DNA from: Acidimicrobiaceae bacterium
GTDB taxonomy: Bacteria > Actinomycetota > Acidimicrobiia > Acidimicrobiales > Aldehydirespiratoraceae
Length of the DNA stretch: 64,000 bases
Assembly (NCBI GenBank): GCA_009843915.1
Contig: VYCM01000110.1
Location: forward strand, 17,298 to 81,297
Direction: 5' to 3'
The notes under the pieces are model-generated. The model made no database searches. It saw only the letters and a list, made by a program, of their open reading frames with translations, and had not been told where the DNA came from. Shown one piece after another: positions 44,026 through 51,594 of this stretch. Both the position numbers and the translations under genes were made by a program. Numbering within the stretch: position 1 is the stretch's first letter; the number at the start of each line of letters is the position of its first letter.

Positions 44026-45036
44026 ATGCGGGCCATGGTAATGACGGACCAGCCGGACGGCCTCTCACGCCAACCGCTGATCCAGCAGGACCGGCCCCAG
44101 CCGGAGCCGGAGGGACCCTTCGACGTCGTGGTGCGGGTCGCGGCCGCGGGAGTGTGCCGCAGCGACCTGCACATACTGATGGGGGAGCTGCCGGTGAGCG
44201 TCCCCCACGTCCTCGGCCACGAGAACAGCGGTTGGGTGCATGCGGTGGGATCGATGGTGTCCAGCGTCGGCGTCGGGGACCGGGTGCTCTGTTATCCGTT
44301 CGTGTCCGACGGTCTCAGCGCGCCCGAGCGCCGCGGCGTCGACTCGGCTGCGCCGGGGAGGCGCACTCCCGGCATCGACTGCGACGGCGGCTACGCCGAG
44401 TACTTGCTGGTGACGGAGCGGTCACTGATCCCGCTGCCAATCGACGCCGACTTGGCCGCCATAGCCACCCTCAGCGACGCCGGCCTAGCCGCCTACCGCG
44501 CCTGCCGCAAGGCGGCCACCGCTCTCGAGCCGGGAAGTCTCGCCGTGGTGGTGGGCGTGGGTGGGCTCGGACACCTCGCGGTGCAGATCCTGCGCTCGAC
44601 TTCGACGGCCCGGATCCTGGCCGTCGACACCCGCGCCGAAGCCCGCGGTCTGGCGATGTCATGCGGGGCGCACCACGCCTGCTCACCAGGGGAACTACCT
44701 GCAGCGGCAGGATCGGAGGCCGCCGCCGTGATCGACTTCGTCGGAAGCGACGAGTCGGCTTCCTCCGCCCTGTCCTGCCTCGGCTTCGGCGGCGCATACT
44801 TCGCAGTGGGGGTAGGAGGCTCGCTGTCGACCCCGATCCTGCCGCTCGTCGCCAACGAGACCCGAATCGAGGGCGTATACGTCGGCACCTACCCGGAGTT
44901 GGTGGAACTGACACGGCTGGCCCTGCGCGGCGACATCCGCCCCGTGGTCGTGCCCTACGCGCTGAGCGACGCCGACCAAGCCTTACACGACCTCGCTGCC
45001 GGCGCCTTCCTAGGCCGGGCGGTGCTCATCCCCTGA
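44026..45036 (+). CDS. Zinc-dependent medium-chain alcohol dehydrogenase/reductase family
   Basis: GVCRSDLH, GHENSG and the GVGGLGH Rossmann motif. Confidence 0.85.
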   Translation: MRAMVMTDQPDGLSRQPLIQQDRPQPEPEGPFDVVVRVAAAGVCRSDLHILMGELPVSVPHVLGHENSGWVHAVGSMVSSVGVGDRVLCYPFVSDGLSAPERRGVDSAAPGRRTPGIDCDGGYAEYLLVTERSLIPLPIDADLAAIATLSDAGLAAYRACRKAATALEPGSLAVVVGVGGLGHLAVQILRSTSTARILAVDTRAEARGLAMSCGAHHACSPGELPAAAGSEAAAVIDFVGSDESASSALSCLGFGGAYFAVGVGGSLSTPILPLVANETRIEGVYVGTYPELVELTRLALRGDIRPVVVPYALSDADQALHDLAAGAFLGRAVLIP

Positions 45037-45058
45037 GCGCGGCGCTCCCGGCCGCCCC

Positions 45059-46792
45059 CTACGGCCGGCGAACGGGCAGGGTGATGCGCGTCGGGTGATC
45101 GGCGTCGTGGAGCACGGTCTGGGTGGCCGGGGCGGCTACCAGGGCGCTGTCCTGAAGGGGCGTTCCGCCGGTGTTGAGGTTGCGGTCCCATTGGGGGAAG
45201 TCCGAGCTGGAGATGTCCAGCCGCAGCCGCGATCCGGCCGGGACGTGGGCGCCGACGGGGCCGAGGTCGATGCGCAGCTCGTAGACCTCGCCGGGAACGA
45301 GAGGCTCGGGCTCGCTGAGCGAGTGGCGGTAGCGGGCCCGCAGGATGCCCTCCTGGAGGTTGACGCTGCGGCCGTCGGGATCGACGATGCACAGCCGGGC
45401 GGTGAAGTCGGTGTCGGCGGCGGTGCTGGCTGCGTGCAACGTCACCGACACATCGCCGAGCAGCTCGATGTCGTCCGCTAGGGGCTCGGACGTGTACACG
45501 AGGATCATGCGCGACACCTCGGCCTGGTGCTGGTCGGCCGGACCCATCGGTGTGATGGTGTCGAAGCAGCAGGAATGGCCGCCCATGCTGGGAATGGGCA
45601 CGCCGGGGTCGTAGACGAAGATGTCGGGCGGCTCGGCGGCGGCTGGGACCCGGTCGAGGGTGCCGTCCCCGAACTTGGAGTTGGCCCGCCCCCTCGAGTG
45701 GATGAACCAGTCCTCGGCGGCGGTGTCGGAGGGGGGCCACCAGTCGAGGTCTCGCCATCCGCCGTCGAGGGTGAACACCGTCACCGGCGAGTCGAGCACT
45801 CCGGTGTCGATGCCCTTGAGCGTGTGGTCGAACCAGCGCAGCTGCCAGTCGTCGATCTCGTTGGTGCTCGGGCCGTCACCGCCGCAGCGGCTCACCGGTG
45901 TCCACGGCATGTGGGTCCACGGGCCCACCAGCAGCTTCTGGGTCCGCCGGGCCGCCTCCGTTCCGGCTGAGGTCCGCAGCCCGGTGAAGTTCTTCACCGT
46001 TCCGCTCAGGAACACGTCCCACCAGCCCCCGAAGTGCAGGGCCGGGACCTCGATGCGGCTGTAGTCGGAGTCGATGCTCCAGCGCTTCCAATAGTCGTCG
46101 TAGGTGCAGTGCTCCACCCAGTCGTAGAAGTAGGGGGCGTAGCCGCCCTGCAGCGGCGGGAACTCCGACAGCGGCAGCGACCAGAACCACCCTTCGGCTG
46201 CGCCGAGCGACGCGCCGAGGGCGTCGACCGCGGCCCGGTCCCCGGCCCGCACCGCCGACCCGAGGGCCAGCAGGTTGGCCCAGTAGCACACGAAAGCCGC
46301 GGCCAGCGCGCCGCCGTTGTAGGTCCAGCCCTCGTAGTACTGCGAGGCGGTGAAGCCCGGCGCGATGCAGCGCAGCGATGGGGGTCGGGTCACTGCGGCC
46401 AGCAGCTGGGTGGCGCCCACATAGGAGAACCCGAACATGCCCACGTCGCCGTTCGAGCCCGGGAGGGTCGCCGCCCACTCGACGGTGTCGTAGCCGTCGT
46501 CCATCTCGTGCGCGAACGGGTAGAAGTCTCCCTCGGAGGTGTAGCGGCCCCTGGTGTCCTGGATGACGACCATGTAGCCAGCGGACGCGTACCACGCCGA
46601 GTGGGCGTTGCCGAACGTGGAAACGTTGATCCGCTTGTCATAGGGGCTGCGGGCCAGCAGCACTGGATTGCCGTCCGCCGGCTGATCCGCGGGTCGGTAC
46701 ACGTCGGCCCGCAGCACTGTGCCGTCTCGCATGGTGGCGGGCACGTCCCGCTCGACGGTGACCGGCAATCCGGGAAGGTTCTCGATTGTCAT
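45059..46792 (-). CDS. CocE/NonD-family (peptidase S15 fold) hydrolase
   Basis: 577 aa. DTRGRY.SEG and the nucleophile elbow GFSYVG. Paralogue of 17310-18845. Confidence 0.85.
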   Translation of the reverse strand: MTIENLPGLPVTVERDVPATMRDGTVLRADVYRPADQPADGNPVLLARSPYDKRINVSTFGNAHSAWYASAGYMVVIQDTRGRYTSEGDFYPFAHEMDDGYDTVEWAATLPGSNGDVGMFGFSYVGATQLLAAVTRPPSLRCIAPGFTASQYYEGWTYNGGALAAAFVCYWANLLALGSAVRAGDRAAVDALGASLGAAEGWFWSLPLSEFPPLQGGYAPYFYDWVEHCTYDDYWKRWSIDSDYSRIEVPALHFGGWWDVFLSGTVKNFTGLRTSAGTEAARRTQKLLVGPWTHMPWTPVSRCGGDGPSTNEIDDWQLRWFDHTLKGIDTGVLDSPVTVFTLDGGWRDLDWWPPSDTAAEDWFIHSRGRANSKFGDGTLDRVPAAAEPPDIFVYDPGVPIPSMGGHSCCFDTITPMGPADQHQAEVSRMILVYTSEPLADDIELLGDVSVTLHAASTAADTDFTARLCIVDPDGRSVNLQEGILRARYRHSLSEPEPLVPGEVYELRIDLGPVGAHVPAGSRLRLDISSSDFPQWDRNLNTGGTPLQDSALVAAPATQTVLHDADHPTRITLPVRRP

Positions 46793-46864
46793 GGCTCCTC
46801 TGCGGTGTGTCAGTATCGGCCCGGCCTGCCGCGGGCGGACCGCGAACTACCGGGGAGTGTGTCG

Positions 46865-47428
46865 ATGAGCGAATTCAAGCAGGAGCGGTACTACGAGGAG
46901 GACTCCGGCGCCGGCGGGATTCCCGCGGCGCAGGTCGGGGACTTCCTGGCCAGCGCCGACAGCACCTGGCTGCTCAAGCTGGCCCACCTCAAGGCCGACG
47001 GCTGGCCCATGGTGGTACCGCTCTGGTACCAGTGGGACGGCGAGGCGTTTCTGGTGGTGGGGCGCAAGCGCTCGGAGTGGGTCGATGACCTGCGACGCGA
47101 TCCCCGCTGCGCGGTGTGCATAGAGGAGCTGGCCCACCCCCGGATCCGCAAGGTGCTGGCCCAGTGCACGGCCGAGATCGTCGAGGGCCCGGCCGTTGGC
47201 GAGGGCTCGCAGTGGGTGCCCGTGGCTGAGGAGATGGCCGTCCGCTACACCGGTCCGGACGGGCCGGAGCAGCTCAAGATGTCCTGGGGCTGGGAGCGAT
47301 ACCTGGTGCGGCTCGTGCCGCGTGACGGCCGCCTGGTGACCTGGCAGGGGGCGGACTGGGCGCTGCGTTATTTCGATCCCGGCCAGCGCCCCGACCTCGA
47401 AGTCAAGGCCGCGGCTCGGTCCCAGTGA
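46865..47428 (+). CDS. Pyridoxamine 5'-phosphate oxidase-like (FMN/F420-binding split-barrel) family protein
   Basis: Start MSEFKQ at 46865. LAHLKADGWPMVVPLWYQWDGEAFLVVG is collinear with 22421-22957. Confidence 0.65.
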   Translation: MSEFKQERYYEEDSGAGGIPAAQVGDFLASADSTWLLKLAHLKADGWPMVVPLWYQWDGEAFLVVGRKRSEWVDDLRRDPRCAVCIEELAHPRIRKVLAQCTAEIVEGPAVGEGSQWVPVAEEMAVRYTGPDGPEQLKMSWGWERYLVRLVPRDGRLVTWQGADWALRYFDPGQRPDLEVKAAARSQ

Positions 47429-48582
47429 CGAGGCCTCCCGCCGACCGGGCCGATTCTCTGCGCCGGTCGGAGATCAGGGTCCTCTTCGACGCCGCCGCTC
47501 GTCTCGGCGACGACGTGATCAGGTTGGAGGTGGGCGAGCCCAGCTTCACCACCCCCGTCCATGTCATCGAGGCGGCGGCCAGGGCTGCCCGCGACGGTCA
47601 CACCGGCTACGGCCCCAACGGGGGCCTGTTGAGCTTGCGTGAACTGCTGGCCGACAAGCTGCGCCGGGTGAACGGCATCGAAGCCTCCGTTGACGAGATC
47701 GTGGTGACACCCGGGGCCATGAACGCGCTGTACTCCGTGTATCTGGCTCTGCTTTCCGCCGGCGACGAGGTGCTGCTGCCTACGCCGGGCTTCCCCAACA
47801 TGGACGAGACCATCCGGTTGTTGGGGGGCGCGCCGGTGTTCTACCCCCTGTCGGCCGATGCCGACTTCCTTCCCGACGTGGGAGCTCTCGAGGCGCTGGT
47901 GACGGAACGGACGAGGATCCTGTTCGTCAACACACCGGCCAACCCGACCGGCGCGGTGTATCCGGCCCCGCTGATGGAAGACCTCGTGGAGTTCGCCGCA
48001 CGCCACGACATCTGGCTTCTGTGCGACGAGGTGTACGACGAGATGGTGCTGTCGCCCGGCTGCGTCCACACGGCGGCCGCGCCCCTGGATGCCGACGGGC
48101 GGGTGATCACCGTTTGCAGCTTCTCCAAGGTGTACGCCATGACCGGATGGCGCGTGGGATATGCGGCCGCGCCGCGGCCGGTGGCCGATCTGCTGCGCAA
48201 ACTGCAGGAGCCTCTGGTGTCGTGCCCCAGCACCATCTCCCAGAAGGCGGCCGAGGCTGCCCTCACGGGACCGCGCGCACCCTATGACGAGATGCTGGCC
48301 GCCTACCGGTGCCGCCGGAGCGCGGCCTTGGATGCCGCGGCCGCGGCCGGCGTGCGGGCGGTGCCCTCCGACGGCACCCTCTACATGCTGCTGGACGTCT
48401 CCGCGGCGGGCGTCGACGACCTCGAATTCGCTCTGGCGCTGCTGGAATCCGAATCGGTGAGCGTGGCGCCCGGCTCGGTGTTCGGTCCCGCCGGCCGCGG
48501 CTGGGCCCGCATCTCCCTGGCCGCGGAGGAGACGGCCATAACCGAGGGTGTCCGTCGGCTGGCCAAGGCGCTGCACCGGTAG
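47425..48582 (+). CDS. Class I/II pyridoxal-phosphate-dependent aminotransferase
   Basis: GTG start in GTGA overlap. NTPANPTG and SFSKVYAMTGWRVGY. Confidence 0.9.
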   Translation: MTRPPADRADSLRRSEIRVLFDAAARLGDDVIRLEVGEPSFTTPVHVIEAAARAARDGHTGYGPNGGLLSLRELLADKLRRVNGIEASVDEIVVTPGAMNALYSVYLALLSAGDEVLLPTPGFPNMDETIRLLGGAPVFYPLSADADFLPDVGALEALVTERTRILFVNTPANPTGAVYPAPLMEDLVEFAARHDIWLLCDEVYDEMVLSPGCVHTAAAPLDADGRVITVCSFSKVYAMTGWRVGYAAAPRPVADLLRKLQEPLVSCPSTISQKAAEAALTGPRAPYDEMLAAYRCRRSAALDAAAAAGVRAVPSDGTLYMLLDVSAAGVDDLEFALALLESESVSVAPGSVFGPAGRGWARISLAAEETAITEGVRRLAKALHR

Positions 48583-48617
48583 AGAGAATCACGGACAACA
48601 GGAAGGAACACGGCGCA

Positions 48618-49892
48618 ATGAACTCGACTGAAGCGAACGGGGTGGCCGAGCGGGTCCGCGCCTATCTCGACGGGCGGGACGGCGAGGTGCTGGAGCTGGC
48701 CCGAGACCTGATCCGGACCCCGTCGCCCAACCCTCCCGGCGACGAGCGAGCCGTGGCCGACCTGGTCACCGAGAGGCTTCGGGAACTCGGCATCGACGAC
48801 ATAACCCGGGTGGGAGCCGAGGAGACCCGGCCCAACGTGCTGGCCCGGGTGAAGGGCGCGGCACCGGGGCCGACGCTGATCCTGTCGGGCCATCTCGACA
48901 CCAAGCCGGCCGGTGACATGGACGCCTGGGAGACCGATCCCTGGGACCCGGTGCTGCGCGACGGCCACCTGATCGGGCTGGGCTCCGGCGACATGAAGGC
49001 GGCGGTGGCCGGGATGATGTACGCCGCGGCCGCCTTGCACCACGCTCAGGAGGCCGGCGGAGCCGGCGGGGGATTCGCGGGCGAGGTGGTACTGGTGTTC
49101 ACCGCAGACGAGGAGGCCGGCGCCCAGTTCGGATCCAAGTGGCTGGCCGAGAACGGCCACCTAAGCGCCGACGCCGCGATCATCGGCGAGCCCAGCGGCA
49201 TCACCTCCGAATGGCAGTCGGTCCACCTGGTGTCGAGGGGTGCGGCCCTGTTCAAGGTGGCCATCACCGGAACGCAGATGCACTCGTCCATCTCGGACCG
49301 CCTTCCGTGCGTCAACGCCACCGTCAAGATGGCCCGCCTGATCGACCGTATGGACCGCGAGCTCAAGTCCTATCTCACCTACGACGACCATCCCCTGTGC
49401 CCCGTCGGTCCCACCGTCAACGTCGGGGTGATGGCCGAGGCGGGAGTGTTCTACGGCGTGTATCCCGGCAACGCCGAGTTCGCCTGCGATGTGCGGACTC
49501 TGCCGGGAATGACCGAGGAGTCGCTGAAGGCGGACGTCGGACGCTTCCTGGCTGACGCCATGGCCGACGATCCTGATCTGCGAGCGGAGCTGAACTGGTT
49601 CTTGACGGTTCCCCCGGTCGAGATCGATGCCGACCACCCGGTGGTGGGCGCTCTCGTCGAGGCGGGTCGCGAGGTCTTGGGCATCTCACCCGAGCTCGAC
49701 GCCTTCCCCGGAGCCACCGACGCGCCCTACTTCCAGCTGACCGCCGGCATCCCCACCGTGGCCGCCTTCGGCCCGGGGATGCTGCCGAGGGCCCACAGCC
49801 CCAACGAGTACATGGACGCCGACGGCGCGGCCCTGTCGGCCAGCATCTACGCCCTGGCCGCGTTGCGCTACCTCGGCGAGGCCGAGAGCTAG
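48618..49892 (+). CDS. M20-family metallopeptidase / N-acyl-amino-acid deacylase (ArgE/DapE-like)
   Basis: ATG 48618 with AGGAAGGA upstream. SGHLDTKP, GSGDMKAA and TADEEAG metal-ligand motifs. Confidence 0.85.
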   Translation: MNSTEANGVAERVRAYLDGRDGEVLELARDLIRTPSPNPPGDERAVADLVTERLRELGIDDITRVGAEETRPNVLARVKGAAPGPTLILSGHLDTKPAGDMDAWETDPWDPVLRDGHLIGLGSGDMKAAVAGMMYAAAALHHAQEAGGAGGGFAGEVVLVFTADEEAGAQFGSKWLAENGHLSADAAIIGEPSGITSEWQSVHLVSRGAALFKVAITGTQMHSSISDRLPCVNATVKMARLIDRMDRELKSYLTYDDHPLCPVGPTVNVGVMAEAGVFYGVYPGNAEFACDVRTLPGMTEESLKADVGRFLADAMADDPDLRAELNWFLTVPPVEIDADHPVVGALVEAGREVLGISPELDAFPGATDAPYFQLTAGIPTVAAFGPGMLPRAHSPNEYMDADGAALSASIYALAALRYLGEAES

Positions 49893-49902
49893 GGGAGGGT
49901 TC

Positions 49903-50574
49903 ATGACCATTCCTAAGTCGGAGCTCTGCGCCCGCTACCGGCGCATCTGCGTGTCGGTGGTGTGCGACGCGCTGTACGAGTTGGGCCTGCCCGAGCGGGT
50001 GCTGTCCAGCGGGCTGAAGCCTCTGCTGCCCGACGTGCGCATGGCCGGCATCGCCTACACGCTGGAGGGCCGGGCCATCCGCCCCGGCGTGGGCTGGGAC
50101 CGGGGCCTGGACCGCATCAAGTCGTATCTTGAGATGTTCAAGGAGCTGACGCCGGACTCGGTGCTGGTGTCGTGCAACCCCGACAGCGAGGTGGGCCACT
50201 TCGGGGAGCTGACCGGCAACTCGGCCCAGCAGTACGGCTGTACGGGCGTGGTGCTCGAAGGCAACTTGCGCGACCTTGACGGCCTTCTCGACATCGGCCT
50301 GCAGGTCTTCTACCGGGACCTGTCGCCGCTGAACGCCATCGGGCGCTGGGAGATGGTGGCCTCCCAGGTGCCGGTGACCATCGGCGACGTGACCGTGGAG
50401 CCCGGCGATCTGGTCGTCGGCGACCGCGACGGCGTCCTGGTGGTGGCCGGGTCCGAGGCGGAGCGCGTGCTGCTGCAGTCCGAATCGATTGTGGGGTCCG
50501 AGGAGCTGGTGCGGGCCGACATGCGGGCCGGTGCCACCCCGTGGGAGGGTCTTGAGCGCCATGGCCACATCTGA
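49903..50574 (+). CDS. RraA-family protein (HMG/CHA aldolase / oxaloacetate decarboxylase-like)
   Basis: GELTGNSAQQYGCTGVVLEGNLRD and the DRDGVLVV motifs of the RraA/DlpA fold. Confidence 0.8.
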   Translation: MTIPKSELCARYRRICVSVVCDALYELGLPERVLSSGLKPLLPDVRMAGIAYTLEGRAIRPGVGWDRGLDRIKSYLEMFKELTPDSVLVSCNPDSEVGHFGELTGNSAQQYGCTGVVLEGNLRDLDGLLDIGLQVFYRDLSPLNAIGRWEMVASQVPVTIGDVTVEPGDLVVGDRDGVLVVAGSEAERVLLQSESIVGSEELVRADMRAGATPWEGLERHGHI

Positions 50575-50836
50575 GGAAGGGGCCGCGCCCGCCGGGCCCG
50601 CCGGCGCCGAGTTGACGATTCCCCAGATGGGGGTGGTGGAGCAGGTGCTGGTCGTGGAATGGCTGGTCGAGGACGGCTCTCTGGTGACCGCGGGCGAGTC
50701 CGTGGTGGTCATCGACACCGACAAGGCCGAGACCGAGTTGGAGGCCCCGGCTTCGGGCCGCCTCCATGTCCTTGTGCCGGCCGGCGACGAAGAGGTGGCG
50801 GTGGGAACAGTCCTGGCGACCGTTTCGACAGGATGA
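50561..50836 (+). CDS. Free-standing lipoyl (biotinyl/lipoyl attachment) domain protein
   Basis: 91 aa. IPQMGVVEQVLVVEWLVEDGSLVTAGESVVVIDTDKAETELEAP has the canonical xDK(A) lipoyl-lysine hairpin. It overlaps the RraA-like gene by 14 nt and the next SDR by ATGA. Confidence 0.75.
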   Translation: MATSEEGAAPAGPAGAELTIPQMGVVEQVLVVEWLVEDGSLVTAGESVVVIDTDKAETELEAPASGRLHVLVPAGDEEVAVGTVLATVSTG

Positions 50837-51594
50837 GCGGGACTTTCTCGTTGGAGGGCCGGGTGGCGGTGGTCACCGGCGCGGCCGGTGGTCTGGGCGC
50901 GCCCATCGTTGAAGGGCTGGCCGACGCCGGTGCCTTCGTTGTGTGTGCCGATGCGGCCGGCGAGCCCAACCGGGCGCTGGTCGAGCACCTGGGACCGGAC
51001 CGGTCCGAGGCCATCACCGTCGATGTGCGCGACGAGGTGTCGGTGCAGGACCTCGCGGCCCGGGCCGCGGCTGTGACCGGGAGCATCGACGCGCTGGTGA
51101 CCTGCGCCGGGATCGGCGGTCGCGGACCGGCCGCGGACTACGACGACGGGACCTGGGCCAACGTGATCGACGTGAACCTCACCGGAGCGTTCCGCACTTG
51201 CCGCGCCGTGGGCCGCCGCATGATCGCTCAGCCGCACGGCGGCTCCATCGTCAACATCGCCTCGGTGGTCGGCGAGGTCGGCTTCGCGGGCAGTGTCGGC
51301 TACCAGGCCTCGAAGGGCGGGGTGATCCAGATGACCCGCACGCTGGCGGTGGAGTGGGCCCCGTACAACGTCAGGGTCAACGCCATCTCGCCGGGCCACG
51401 TGGCCACCCCGCTGGTGCGCCGCCAGTGGGAGCTCGAGCCGGAGCTGAAGGACTACTTCGAGAGCCGCACGCCGCTGGGCCGGCTGGCTGAGCCGGTCGA
51501 CATGGTGGGTGCCGCGGTGTTCCTGGCCGGGCCTGCGTCGGCCATGGTCACCGGCCAGATCCTTGCCGTCGATGGCGGCTACACCGCGCAGTGA
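50833..51594 (+). CDS. SDR-family oxidoreductase
   Basis: VTGAAGGLG and YQASK (YxxxK). ATGA and GTGA overlaps on either side. Confidence 0.9.
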   Translation: MSGTFSLEGRVAVVTGAAGGLGAPIVEGLADAGAFVVCADAAGEPNRALVEHLGPDRSEAITVDVRDEVSVQDLAARAAAVTGSIDALVTCAGIGGRGPAADYDDGTWANVIDVNLTGAFRTCRAVGRRMIAQPHGGSIVNIASVVGEVGFAGSVGYQASKGGVIQMTRTLAVEWAPYNVRVNAISPGHVATPLVRRQWELEPELKDYFESRTPLGRLAEPVDMVGAAVFLAGPASAMVTGQILAVDGGYTAQ

